Below, one piece after another: positions 15,410-29,145 of a DNA stretch of 64,000 nt. The notes under the pieces are model-generated. The model did no database searches, was not told where the DNA came from, and saw only the letters and a program-made list of their open reading frames with translations. Position 1 is the stretch's first letter, and each line of letters starts with the position of its first letter. The translations under genes and the position numbers were made by a program. The stretch is from positions 37,448,001-37,512,000 of the forward strand of contig OZ024757.1 of the NCBI GenBank assembly GCA_964016885.1. The letters are read 5' to 3'. This DNA comes from Eledone cirrhosa. Taxonomy: Eukaryota.

Positions 15410-15682
15410 GTTTAGTAGCAGAGTCCTCAAACACTCTTCTCCCAATAGGTCCTTTCAGAAGCAACCATCTCCAATTGATCCAGCTCTATCCCCAAGTGTG
15501 ACCAGCTGAGCACATGGACGTTGTCCAACCATCTTGCTCGGGGTCTACTGCTGGGTCTCCTGCCGGTTGGTTTTGCCCATAAAATCTATTTGTCCAGTGA
15601 TTCTCTCCTGAGATATTGTAGCCACATGGCTATAGTACCAGAGCTGTGATGTCTCAATTTGAAGAAATAGCAGCTCTACCTG
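15410..15682 (-). mobile_element. RTE LINE 3' fragment
   Basis: Same sequence family as 20890-21180. Confidence 0.75.
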
Positions 15683-15731
15683 AGTTCAAATCCCGTTGAG
15701 GCCAAGTTTGTGTTTTATTATTTTGAGGTAA

Positions 15732-16090
15732 AGGGCGGTGGACTGGCAGTATCAGCAAAGCATCAGATGCCATTCTTTGCAGAGTAGAGTTACAGCCCTT
15801 TACGTTCTGAGTTCAAATCCCACCGAGGTTAACTTTGCCTTTCATCCTTATGGAGTCGATAAAATAAAGTACCAGTAATGCACTAGGGTAATTGCTGGCC
15901 TTGTGCCAAAAGTAGAAACAATTATTTTCAGGTCAGGGGTGGTAGATTGGCAGTATTGCTGAGGTTAAATTTGCCTTTCATCTTTACGGGGTCCATAAAA
16001 TAAAGTACCAGTAATGCACTGGGGTCAATTTAATTGACTTCCCCTCCCCCCCAAATTGCTGGCCTTGTGCCTTATATAGAAACAATTATT
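15732..16090 (+). mobile_element. Two tandem tRNA-SINE copies (gcctttcatccttacggggtcgataaaataaagtaccag core)
   Basis: gttcaaatccc B box plus a conserved core resembling Meta/Sauria-type SINE cores (recalled). Confidence 0.8.
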
Positions 16091-16377
16091 TTGAGGTCAA
16101 TAAAAGAAGGTACCATCTCTGTGCTGAGGTCGATTCCTCCTTTATATATTTTTATCATTTCCTCTCTATCATTCTTTCTCTTAACCCTTTAGCATTTAAA
16201 CGATATGGTGGATGGGTGGGTGATTGCTTCAGCGTGAGGGCCCCCCTGTACGGTGGCAGAGTGGTGGGGGTGTGGAGGAAGGAGGTTTGTTTATGCAATG
16301 AATAATCTCGGCTGCATTGAAGAGTGTACAAGATCAGAGGGACTGGGAAATTGATGAGAATATTATAACGATGTGAG

Positions 16378-16403
16378 CTACTACTGCTGCTGCTGCTGCT
16401 GCT

Positions 16404-16472
<69 letters not shown>

Positions 16473-16585
16473 TACTACTACTACTACTACTACTACTACT
16501 AGTAGTAGTACTAATATTGCTACTACTACTGACGCTGCTATTACTACTACTACTACTATTGATGCTACTGTTACTGCTGCTGCTG

Positions 16586-16618
<33 letters not shown>

Positions 16619-18275
16619 TTACTACTACTACTACTATTGCTGCTGCTGCTGCTGTACTACTACTACTACTACTACTACTAGTAGTAGTACTAATATTGCT
16701 ACTACTACTGACGCTGCTACTACTACTACTACTACTATTGATGCTACTGTTATTGCTGCTACTACTACTACTACTACTACCACCACTCCAATGAAACTGA
16801 TCAATTAATTATTTACTAATTAAGAAAACAACAACCACAACCACCACCACAACCTCTAAAACCACCATAGCAACAACCACCACAGCAACAACCACAACAA
16901 CAACCACACCACCACACCACCACCACACCACCACCACCATCACCAGCACCACCACCACCACCACCACCACACCACCACCACCACCACCACACCACCACCA
17001 CACCACCACACCACCAGCACCAGCACCAGCACCACCACCATCATCAGCACCACCACCACCACAACAACCACCACCACACCACCACCACAACAACCACCAC
17101 CACACCACCACCACAACAACAACCACAACAACCACCACCACCACCACAACCACAACAACCACCACCACCTCCACCACCACCACACCACCACCACACCACC
17201 ACCACAACAACAACCACAACCACCACCACAACAACAACCACAACCACCACCACCACCACCATCACCACAACAGCAACAACAACAACAACCACAACAACCA
17301 CCACCACTACACCACCACCACAACAACCACAACAACAACCACAACAATCACAACCACCACCACAACACCAATAACCGCAATAACCACCACCACAACAACA
17401 ACAACCGCCACCACATCACCACACAACAGCAACAACAACAACAACAACCACCACACCACCACCACCACATCACCACACAACAGCAACAACAACAACAACA
17501 CCACCACCACACAACAGCAACAACAACAACAACCACCACACCACCACCACCACATCACCACACAACAGCAACAACAACAACCACCACACCACCACCACCA
17601 CATCACCACACAACAGCAACAACAACAACAACAACCACCACACTACCACCACCACATCACCACACAACAACAACAACCACCACACCACCACCACACAACA
17701 GCAACAACAACAACCACCACACCACCACCACACAACAGCAACAACAACAACAACCACCACACCACCACCACACAACAACAACAACCACCACCACACCACC
17801 ACCACACAACAACAACAACAACAACAACCACCACACCACCACCACACAACAGCAACAACAACAACCACCACCACACCACCACCACACAACAACAACAACA
17901 ACAACAACCACCACACCACCACCACACAACAGCAACAACAACAACAACCACCACACCACCACCACACAACAGCAACAACAACAACAACCACCACACCACC
18001 ACCACACAACAACAACAACCACCACCACCACACCACCACCACACAACAACAACAACAACAACAACCACCACACCACCACCACACAACAGCAACAACAACA
18101 ACAACCACCACACCACCACCACATCACCACACAACAACAACAACCACCACACCACCACCACACAACAGCAACAACAACAACAACCACCACACCACCACCA
18201 CACAACAGCAACAACAACAACAACCACCACACCACCACCACACAACAACAACAACAACCACCACACCACCACCAC

Positions 18276-18306
<31 letters not shown>

Positions 18307-18390
18307 CCACCACACCACCACCACATCACCACACAACAACAACAACAACCACCACACCACCACCACACAACAGCAACAACAACAACAACC
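16378..18390. repeat. (CTA/CTG)n followed by a 1.5-kb (CAC/CAA) cryptic satellite
   Basis: Visible; source of the poly-L/V/W/C ORFs. Confidence 0.9.
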
Positions 18391-19823
18391 AGGTCAGTAG
18401 ACAGAAGAAGTCTAAAAATCAAAGCAATTTGGTTCAGTTGGAGGAAAAATGTTATTTATTATTTTATTAGTTTAGTTTTTGATGTTGTAATTTATTGGAG
18501 AGGGGTGGGTGGGTGAGATGAGGGGGGTGAGAGGAGGGGGAGGTGCTGTTGTTGTTTTTGTCTTTTTTGTCTTGTTTTGATTTGTTTTTTTTTACAAAAT
18601 TCAGGTAATATAATAAGGCCTCTGCAATTACTTGCTCCTGTAATTATGGTAAATAGGAAGGGGTGAGAGGGAGGGAGAGAGACAAAGAAGGAGGGAAGGG
18701 GCAGGAGACTAAGTGTGAAGAGGAGAGAGAGGGAGGGAAGGGGAGAGAGATAGAGAGGGAGGGAGGAGGGGAGACAGACAGGTACACACACACACACACA
18801 TGTACATATACACACACATACATAGACAGACAGGTACACGCACACACATGTACATACACACACATACAGAGACAGACAGGTACACACACATGTACATACA
18901 CACACACAGACAGACAGGTACACACACACACACACATGTACATATACACACACATACAGAGACAGACAGACAGGCAGACAGATATGCACACAGAAATACT
19001 CAAAGGTCAACACACATGCACAGACATACAAACACATACACATAGGCTCACTCACACACTTAGACACACGCACACATCTTCACATGCAGACAGACACACA
19101 TAGATACAGAGAGACCATAATACACAAACATACACACACCTTCGTGTACACACACACACACACACACACACCTTCTCATGCATGCACACCCACATACATG
19201 CAGATAGACACCCACATCTTCACACATACACACACACCTTCGCACACACACCTTCGCACACACACCTTCACACACACACATATTCACACATACTCACACA
19301 CGTTAATATTGACAATAGCACCATTTCCATTATCCAACCACTGTTGTCAACAATCACAAGAGAAGTGATACGATTTTAGAAACAACAGATTCTAGTTTAA
19401 AATGTCTGAATATTTGGAGAGGAATATCTTGTTAATAAGATAAACATTTTATCAAACTATTAACTTGAATTCTCTCACTTCTTTCTGTTCAAACTGGCCA
19501 TAATCGGCTGCTCATAGTTATGTTAAGGTATTGTTCTCAAAATAAATAATATCAAAATCTCATAGATTCAATATTATGTGAGATAAAGCCTTTACCATGA
19601 AAATGAATATAATAGTATATATAGAGTAATATAAAGGGTTAACATGTCTGAATATTTGGAGAGGAATATCTTGTTAATAAGATAAATATTTTATCAAACT
19701 ATTAACCTCCAGTGTGACGGTCATGGCTTCAGTGTTACTGGTTAGGGTTATTATCGTAAGGTTATGAGTTCGATTCTTTAACAGGGTGTTGTGTGTTGTC
19801 CTTGAGCAAGACAATTTAGAGGG

Positions 19824-19859
19824 TCTTAACGTTTCGGATGCTAGTCCTTCATCAGAAGA
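19824..19859 (-). ncRNA. Minimal type I hammerhead ribozyme motif (Penelope-type)
   Basis: Minus strand reads TCTT-CTGATGA-A-GGA ctagca TCC-GAAA-C-GTT-AAGA: both core boxes, stem II, palindromic ACGT stem III, and stem I TCTT/AAGA. Confidence 0.6.
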
Positions 19860-20398
19860 AAGAATGAGAAATTAGATAGATTGAAGGGATGGGCAGGGTG
19901 GAATTGGAAAAAAATGTTTTTATAGAAAAATAACAGGTCCATATATACATGTGTGTGTGTATATATACACAGGCAGATAGGAACTGAATAAAAAGCAGAG
20001 AAAGAGACAATAATTTGAATGAAATGTGAAAGGGTGCTTTTAATCATTCAAATGTTCCGAATTTTAGATAATGAAAAATCAAAAAAAATTAAAAGAGAAA
20101 AGCAATATATGAAAATAAAATAATAGAAAATGCCGACCTTACACATCTTCCCCACTCTCTGATGATTTTAACAAATTGATTAATTTCAGAAATATAATAA
20201 TGAGCTTTTAAATTTCCCCCTTTTTATTCTTGTTTTGGTTGTTATTGATGTATTAATAGTATTTGGTTTGGTGCCAATTGAAGGGACTCTTCAATACAAC
20301 CTTTCTCATTCACCTCTGTGTATTACCATTGTCAGCACAAGGGAAACTTTATAGGAATGGTCCTTAATCTTTATCACCACCAGAGAATCCCCTTTTTT

Positions 20399-20565
20399 TT
20401 AACCCTTTAGCATTTAAACTGGCCATATCTGACCAGAACTCCCTCATCTCTTTCTGTTCAAACTGGCTGTAGATTCGATATTATGTGAGATAATTATGTA
20501 AGATAAAGCCTTTACTGTGAAAATACAATAGTATATATAAACTAATGTAAATGCTAAAAGGGTAA
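20399..20565 (-). mobile_element. TTAA MITE, internally deleted
   Basis: ttaaccctttagcatttaaac left end; atgctaaaaggg right end. Confidence 0.75.
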
Positions 20566-20889
20566 ACACTTTTTTTTTTATACCAATTTAGCTACAAAAA
20601 CTGGGTCTGATTCTATAAAACGACCCATTTTAAAGGGTTCCTATCTAAATTAAATTCTTCTTATATGATTTTGTGCAAGAACTATTGTTAAGTTACTATC
20701 TTATTAATGAAATAATCAATAATTTTGATAGGTAGGTAGATAGATAGGTAGGTAGATAGATAGACAGGTAGTTAACTACTCAGGTAGCTAGATAGATAGT
20801 ACATAGCTATGTAGACAGGTAGATAGATAGATATATAAACAGGCAGCTAGGTAGACAGGCAACTAGGTGGGTAGGTAGACAAGTAGCTT

Positions 20890-22530
20890 ATTCCTGAGAG
20901 TATCACGAGAGCAGAGTCCTCAAACATTCCTTCCGGCAGGTCTTGTCAAAAGGAACCGTCTCCAACTGGTCCATCTAGATCCTTAAGTGAGACCAGCCAA
21001 GCTCATGGGTGTTATCCAACCATCGTTATTGGGGTCAACCCTTGGGTCTCCTGCCAGTTGGTTTTGCCTGTAAAATCTGTCCAGTGATTCTTTCCTGAGA
21101 CATTCTAACCACATGTCCATAGTATCGGAGCTGTGATCTCTCAATTCCGAGAAATAGCAGCTCTACCTGGAGTGACTCCAGTGATTCTTTCCTGAGACAT
21201 TCTAACCACATGTCCATTGTATCGGAGCTGTGATCTCTCAATTTGGAGAAATAGCAGCTCTACCTGGAGTGACTCCAGTGATTCTTTCCTGAGACATTCT
21301 AACCACATGTCCATTGTATCGGAGCTGTGATCTCTCAATTTGGAGAAATAGCAGCTCTACCTGGAGTGACTCCAGTGATTCTTTCCTGAGACATTCTAAC
21401 CACATGTCCATTGTATCGGAGCTGTGATCTCTCAATTTGGAGAAATAGCAGCTCTACCTGGAGTGACTCCAGTGATTCTTTCCTGAGACATTCTAACCAC
21501 ATGTCCATTGTATCGGAGCTGTGATCTCTCAATTTGGAGAAATAGCAGCTCTACCTGGAGTGACTCCAGTGATTCTTTCCTGAGACATTCTAACCACATG
21601 TCCATTGTATCGGAGCTGTGATCTCTCAATTTGGAGAAATAGCAGCTCTACCTGGAGTGACTCCAGTGATTCTTTCCTGAGACATTCTAACCACATGTCC
21701 ATTGTATCGGAGCTGTGATCTCTCAATTTGGAGAAATAGCAGCTCTACCTGGAGTGACTCCAGTGATTCTTTCCTGAGACATTCTAACCACATGTCCATT
21801 GTATCGGAACTGTGATCTCTCAATTCCGAGAAATAGCAGCTCTACCTGGAGTGACTCCAGTGATTCTTTCCTGAGACATTCTAACCACATGTCCATTGTA
21901 TCAGAACTGTGATCTCTCAATTCCGAGAAATAGCAGCTCTACCTGGAGTGACTCCAGTGATTCTTTCCTGAGACATTCTAACCACATGTCCATTGTATCG
22001 GAACTGTGATCTCTCAATTTGGAGAAATAGCAGCTCTACCTGGAGTGACTCCAGTGATTCTTTCCTGAGACATTCTAACCACATGTCCATAGTATCAGAA
22101 CTGTGATCTCTCAATTCCGAGAAATAGCAGCTCTACCTGGAGTGACTCCAGTGATTCTTTCCTGAGACATTCTAACCACATGTCCATAGTATCAGAACTG
22201 TGATCTCTCAATTCCGAGAAATAGCAGCTCTACCTGGAGTGACTCCAGTGATTCTTTCCTGAGACATTCTAACCACATGTCCATAGTATCAGAACTGTGA
22301 TCTCTCAATTCCGAGAAATAGCAGCTCTACCTGGAGTGACTCCAGTGATTCTTTCCTGAGACATTCTAACCACATGTCCATAGTATCGGAGCTGTGATGT
22401 CTCAATTTGGAGAAGTAGCAGCTCTACCTGGAATGACTCTCTGATATCCAAGCTACAAATCTGTCTAGCGATTCTTTCCTGAGACATTCTAACTACATAG
22501 CCATAGTATCAGAGCTGTGATCTCTCAGTT
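20890..22530 (-). mobile_element. RTE (Expander/Rex3-like) LINE 3' end containing a 97-bp tandem array (about 14 copies)
   Basis: Minus translation LQVELLFLGIERSQLRYYGHVVRMSQERITGQILQAKPTGRRPKG, typical of the RTE ORF C-terminus; 97-bp period from 21080 to 22341. Confidence 0.85.
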
Positions 22531-22662
22531 CTCACCTGGTAGCTTGTTATACATACAACACTGACACTAAACAGTCTGAACATCAGAACAGACTGAATGT
22601 GTGTGTGTTTATATATATATGTGTTTGTGTGTGTGGTGTGTTTATGTTTATTTGTATGTATC

Positions 22663-22738
<76 letters not shown>

Positions 22739-22926
22739 CACATGTCTACCTCTGTATACATGTGTCTATACGTGTGTCTTTGTATATGTATATATATATA
22801 TGGTGGTGGTGGTGGTGGTATATATATATATATATATGTGTGTGCATATATATATATAGATGTATATATATATATATGTGTGTGTGTGTATGTATGTATG
22901 CATATATATATATGTGTATATATATA

Positions 22927-22959
<33 letters not shown>

Positions 22960-22994
22960 GTATGTGCGTATGTATATATATCTATGTATGTGCG

Positions 22995-23062
<68 letters not shown>

Positions 23063-23214
23063 ATATTTAATTAATTCATAGATGCTGATAGCAATTAGCA
23101 GTAAATTATTGATTTTTCTGCTCATGGTATTGGTTTTTAGCTTTCGCTTGTTGTAGAGTAGAAACTTTCAAGTTGTACTAAATAGCCAAATAATGGTCAT
23201 ACTAATTAACTGAC

Positions 23215-23830
23215 ATCCCCCTCTCTACTATATCATACTACACCTCCTCCTACTACACCTCCTACTCTCTACTATATCATACTACACTTCCTCCTACTCT
23301 CTACTATATCATACTACACTTCCTCCTACTCTCTACTATATCATACTACACCTCCTCCTACTACACCTCCTCCTACTCTCTACTATATCATACCTCCCTC
23401 ATCCTCTTACTACATCTCCTCCCCCTCTCTACTATATCATACTACACCTCCTCCTACTACACCTCCTACTCTCTACTATATCATACTACACTTCCTCCTA
23501 CTCTCTACTATATCATACTCCACCTCCTCCTACTCTCTACTATATTATACCTCCCTCATCCTCTCTCTCCCTCTCTCTTACTCCTCTCTACCATATCATA
23601 CCTTCCTCCTCTCTCTTTCTCCTCTTACTGCACCTCTTACTGCACCTCTTCCTCCTCTCTACTATATCTTACTATACCTCCTCTTACTGCACCTCTTCCC
23701 CCTCCTCCTACACTGCATCCGCATCCTCCTCCTCGCCCTTCCTCTTACTACACCTCTCTTTTTCTCTCAACATACTACTCTCTACCATATCATACCATAC
23801 CTTCCCCTTCCCTTTCCCTCCTCTTACTAC
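23215..23830. repeat. Pyrimidine-rich minisatellite (ctctctactatatcatactacacctcctcct)
   Basis: Visible. Confidence 0.8.
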
Positions 23831-24352
23831 ACCTCTCTTTTTTCTCTCTCTTTGTCTATCTATCTGTCTGTCTGTCTCTCTCTTTCCACCTGTCTATCTC
23901 TCCCTATCTCTCTATAAATGTGGTTGGTGTTAGGAAGGGCATCCAGCTGTAAAATCCTCAGACAAATTTACAGTCCTGACGGCGTAAGGAATGGCATGGC
24001 CAACTTTAACCATGATGATGATGATCATCATCATCTTCGTTTAACGTCCATTTTCCACGCTAACATGGGTTAGACGGGAGTTGTCCCACTTGAGGCAAGG
24101 CTGGTCGGGTGACCGTGTCTCGCTCATATAGGACTATCTAGCAGGTTTTCTACGGCTGGATGCCCTTCCTAACACCAACCTCATTTACAGGGAGTGCTGG
24201 GTGCTTTTTTTGCCGTGGCACCTCCATGACCAGTATAATAATAAATATGAAGATATATATAGTATAATAATAAATGTGAAGACTAAAATCTGAAGAGGGC
24301 TCGATAAGGATAATATATATATAAAAATATATAAAACCATAGAGCAAATATT

Positions 24353-24531
24353 TATTAAAATAACAGATTAAAGTTTAAGCAAAGAATCGCTGCTTTCACC
24401 CTTAACGGGATCTTCTGAAACTAAAAAAAATCACTCTGTGGATGCAGATTTATTTTTTTTTAGTTTCAGAAGATCCCGTTAAGAGTGAAAGCAGCGATTC
24501 TTTGCTTAAACTTTAATCTGTTATTTTAATA
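24353..24531. repeat. Near-perfect inverted repeat with 78-bp arms
   Basis: 24353-24430 is the reverse complement of 24454-24531 with one mismatch; a single arm also occurs near 3150-3222. Confidence 0.9.
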
Positions 24532-24602
24532 TATATATATATGTGTGTGTGTGTGTATGTGTATGCAATTATTGCTATATTCTTTTCTCTTTTCTTCAAC
24601 AG

Positions 24603-24784
24603 CTGCCTACAGGAGCCCACCTATAACATCCACCAACAATTTTGTAACACCCCCAAGCAATGTTCTCACATATACCAATCCCACAGGTAAAACTGGTACT
24701 TATAGTGATACTGTGTGCCAGCCCCTTGATAGAATCGATCAAGGAGGTAAACCAAATGTAACTTTGCATCAAGTAATATATCCG
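24603..24784 (+). CDS. MAP3K7: TAK1-like linker exon (AYRSPPITSTNNF...VTLHQVIYP)
   Basis: Acceptor ttttcttcaacag, donor gtaagt; 182 nt, phase 1 in and 0 out, open and frame-compatible with neighbours. Confidence 0.8.
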
Positions 24785-25020
24785 GTAAGTATTCAAGTGA
24801 TAGTTTCTGTTTTATTTTTACTGTTTTTGTTTTATTTTAATCATCGAGTGACCCTTCGAGTCTCCTCGACTTTGGGGAAGTTGTTTTAAATGTTTATTTT
24901 CTTAGTCTCTTTTATAAATTTTATTTTACACCAAAGAAAACTCTACACTGTATCATCCTGTACCGTCTTTAATGTTTCCTTAATGTGAGCCCTGTGTGGC
25001 TAATACAGAAATTATTATTA

Positions 25021-25245
25021 AGGGCGGTGGATTGGCAGTATCAGTAGAAAGTCGGATGCCATGCTTTGCAGCATAGAATTACGGCCCTTTATGAGCTGAG
25101 TTCAAATTCCGTTGAGGTTAACTTTACCTTTCGTCCTTACAGGGTCGATAGAATAAAGTACCAGCCACGCACTGGGGTCGATTTAATCAACTTTCCCCTC
25201 CCCCCAAAATTGCTGGCCTTGTGCCTATATAAGAAACCATTATTA
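25021..25245 (+). mobile_element. tRNA-SINE (Meta-like core)
   Basis: agggcggtggattggcagtatc head, B box, core and (TTA)n tail. Confidence 0.85.
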
Positions 25246-25324
25246 TTATTCTTTGAGTTTCAGTCATTGATGTTATTTAACTGGAAAGTTTGTTCAAATG
25301 AACATCAAGCTGCTACCTGCAGCC

Positions 25325-25545
25325 TCAGATATTCAGGACATACCGGAGGGTTCTTGCTGTTCCCAGCAAGCATGCTTTTTGAAGTGTTCCAAAAAATGGG
25401 GCTGGACTAATCTTCTTTAACCATCCTTGGAAACTCTTTGAGATAGTACCTAGTGCTCCTCTGACAATCGGGACGACCTTGACTTCATGGCAGTTCCAAA
25501 TCCTTTTTAACTCCCACTTTAAATCCTGGTATCGGTTACTTTTCT
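25325..25545 (-). mobile_element. R4/Dong-like non-LTR retrotransposon 3' fragment
   Basis: Minus translation YQDLKWELKRIWNCHEVKVVPIVRGALGTISK...LQKACLLGTARTLRYVLNI*, typical of a restriction-like endonuclease C-terminus. Confidence 0.75.
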
Positions 25546-25666
25546 CCCTCTCCTTTTCTTATTATTATCATTATTATTATTATCATTATTATTATTATCA
25601 TTTTTATTATTATTATTATTATCATCAATGTACTTCTCTCTCTCTCTCTCTCTCTCTCTCTACCAG

Positions 25667-25802
25667 TATCCTTACCCTTTTCCACCAACTAGTAGTGCTC
25701 CCCCTTCTTTGGCTGCCAGTCGTGAAAACCTCTATGAGAATCGCAATAACTCTAACCCTACTGGACAGATAATGTTAGAACAGAGCCGTGTAGCCCACCA
25801 TG
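25667..25802 (+). CDS. MAP3K7: TAK1-like linker exon (YPYPFPPTSSAPPSLAASRENLYENR...SRVAHH)
   Basis: (CT)n tract then taccag acceptor, donor gtaagt; 136 nt, phase 0 in and 1 out. Confidence 0.8.
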
Positions 25803-25999
25803 GTAAGTGACTGCGTATCATTTCACATTTACTACTGAGTTTATCACAAACAAACAAACAACTCATACAATATTTAGAAACAAAGAAAAAAAAAAAAAGA
25901 AAAATAGGTTCTTGTTAATTTTTTATCCTTTCGTGATTATATTTTTAACGAAATACTTTATCATCATCATCATCATTATCATCGTCATCATCATTATCA

Positions 26000-26360
26000 T
26001 CTACCTTCCTCTGAAGGGTCTTTGGAGTAACGTTACTGATAGAATGTGTAACTCGGAGATCAGAGAGTCACTCCAGGTAGAGCCGCTACTTCTCTGAATT
26101 GAGAGATCACAGCTCTGATACTATGGGTATGTGGTTAGAATGTCTCAGGAAAGAATCACTGGACAGATTTTACAGGCAAAATCAACCAGCAAGAGACCCA
26201 CAGCTAGATGGTTGGCTAGCATCCATGAGCTCGGCTGGTCTCGCTTGGGGATCCAGCCAGATCAGTTGGAAATGGTTGCTTCTGACAGGACCTGCTGGAA
26301 AATGGCATTTTCCGTTTGAGGACTCTGCTGCCCCCACGACCCTCTCAGGAATTAGTGGGT
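26000..26360 (+). mobile_element. RTE LINE 3' fragment
   Basis: IRESLQVEPLLL...VRMSQERITGQILQAK; inverted relative to 20890-22530. Confidence 0.85.
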
Positions 26361-26522
26361 GAAGAAGAAGATGATCATCACTGTCATCATCATTATTGTC
26401 ATCACCACCATCATCATCATTGTCACCATTTAATGTTCTTTTTCCCTGCTAGCCACTCTATTTCAATAAATAACTTCTTATATCAAATTATGTTGCAGTG
26501 TTTCTATTTAGATAGGAACACT

Positions 26523-27160
26523 TTAACCCTTTATCATTTACATTACTCTATATTTACTAATGTATTTTCACAGTAAAGGATTTACCTCACATAATTATCT
26601 TAGATCATATTGAATCTATGCAGTTTTAATATTATTTATTTTGAGAACAATACCTTAATGTCAGTATGAGTGGCCAGTTAGAGCCGGTTTGAACAGAAAG
26701 ATGTGAGAGAATTCTGGCTGGATATGGTCAGTTTAAATGCTAAAGGGTTAAGAGAGATTTGTCTTCTATTTCCAGCAGGTCCAGCTTCCAAGTTGAAGCT
26801 CTGCGTTTATGAGATCTGATCTCTACTGTTTCCAGCAGGTTTAGGCTACCATTTTGAGAGCTATGAGATCACCTACCATGTTGAAGCTGTGACATCTGAT
26901 CTCTATTTAGAGTAGATTCAGCTACCATGTTGAAGCTATGACATCTGATCTCTATTTCCAGCAAGTCCAGCTACCACGTTGAAGCTATGAGATCTGATCT
27001 CTGTTTCCAGTAGGTCCATCTACCATGTTGCAGCTAGGAGATCTGATCTCTTCTCTCTGTAAATATCTTTGTAGACAGTTAAGGTCATTGTCTGGGCACC
27101 AGTTGCCAATCACTCCTCACATTTAGTCACACCTCACCAGATCAAACTTAGCTTCAACGG
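26523..27160 (+). mobile_element. TTAA MITE (26523-26751) plus adjoining short-period repeat and unique tail
   Basis: TTAA and TIRs; the whole block recurs inverted at 43735-44235. Confidence 0.75.
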
Positions 27161-27172
27161 TTTAATATATAT

Positions 27173-27221
<49 letters not shown>

Positions 27222-28761
27222 GAGGTTATATTCAATTTGTTGGGATACAACAAGCAAAATATTTTTATATTTTTATATACATATATATATACATATATAC
27301 ACATATATACACACATATATACACACATATATATACACACACACACATATACATACACACATACATACACTCACATAAATATATATATATATATATTTAT
27401 TAAAATAACAGATTAAAGTTTAAGCAAAGATATATATATATATATATATTTATGTGTGTGTATGTATGTGTGTGTGTATGTATGTGTGTGTGTATGTATA
27501 TGTGTGTGTGTATATATATATGTGTGTGTATTTATATGTATATGTGTATATATGTATATGTGTATATATGTATATATATATATATGTATATATATATGCT
27601 TTTTGTGTCTTTGTTATACTTACTCAACAAATAAACAAAATATAATGTAAAAAATAATATTTAAAAAAATATAAAATAATGAAATAAATAAATTAATATT
27701 CTTAAATCTTACCATTTCTAGTCATATTAGCATCATCAATAATAGTAATAGTAGTTGTAGTAGTGATGGTGGTGTTGGTGGTAGTAGTTGTGGTGGTGTT
27801 CCTTTAATGTATTATTATTGCACAAACATTATATAACACTATATATATATTTCAATGGCTTGGTTATGTTAGATCCTGGTGACGTCATCAGGTGTGGATT
27901 GCATAGCTAGTTTGGAACTAGCTGTTGGAACGGCAAGAGCTCAGCCGTTGGTGTCCCGACTCTTTCATATTACCACACTCTACTATCTCAAGTATCGAGT
28001 ACTCTGGTGAGTAATGGTCTAACAGATTTTTACTGCATCCATTTTGATTTATATATATATATATATATATATATAGATATATAAATTGTTGTTTTGGAAG
28101 CTTCTACAACTCAGATGGGTAAATCTCTGGGTAACAAAATCTAGTGGCAGTAGGAGCAGAGAGAAAAGTAGGAACATGAGTAGGAGGAGATATAGAGAAT
28201 GTAAAAAAAATGGTGTAAAAAGAAAACCAGAGATAGAGTCACCTTGGAAGATATTTCTTGGTCCCTATATTTTGGATTTCACATCCATCGACAGGGTTCT
28301 TTTTTTCCGAGGGGAAAGAGGTATGTCGGAGAAGGGAACTATCTGTGGCCTTATTTATCTGCCATCTGTGTACAATATATTATATATATATATATTATAT
28401 ATATATATATATATACATACGTATGCATATGTATGTATATATGTGTGTGTGTATTATATGTATTATATATATATATATTTAAAATAGAAAGGCTTCTACA
28501 GGACTAGAACTGTTTCATTTGGGAGAAATCATCAGGAAGCTGCTGTCCAAGTAATATGGTGGTATTTATATCTTTTCTGGTGGTAGGAGAGGGTGGTGAT
28601 TGGGATGGATGGAGGTCATTGGTTGATGGGTTTAAAGAAAAGGGAATTCTTTAAAAACTATATTTAGAATAACAAAGGCAGAAAGAATTCTATAGACAGG
28701 TTCACTCTGATTTTTAAGGTTTGCTTAAGCTAACAATGCCTTTTGTCAGGTGTCTACAAGC

Positions 28762-28796
<35 letters not shown>

Positions 28797-28901
28797 TCAT
28801 CATCATTATCATCATCATCATATATATATATATATATGAATGTGCTTGTAGAAATAGCTGTCGAAACGGCTCGAGCTCTGCCGTCAGGGTTAAACATTTT
28901 C

Positions 28902-28936
<35 letters not shown>

Positions 28937-28968
28937 TACACATATGTGTATGTGTGTATCTGTGTGCG

Positions 28969-29001
<33 letters not shown>

Positions 29002-29092
29002 TATCACAGAAAAAAAGATCATACTCTGCTCTATGAGAGCATTGAGTGCTCAAACGACCTACCGCATACGGACGCTTTAAGCATCCAACACC

Positions 29093-29145
<53 letters not shown>

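Noticed and set aside
21035-22487. Repeated 65-aa ORFs and a CRISPR-like regular period
   Set aside because: Pure tandem LINE-derived units with no unique spacers and no cas genes; eukaryotic context.
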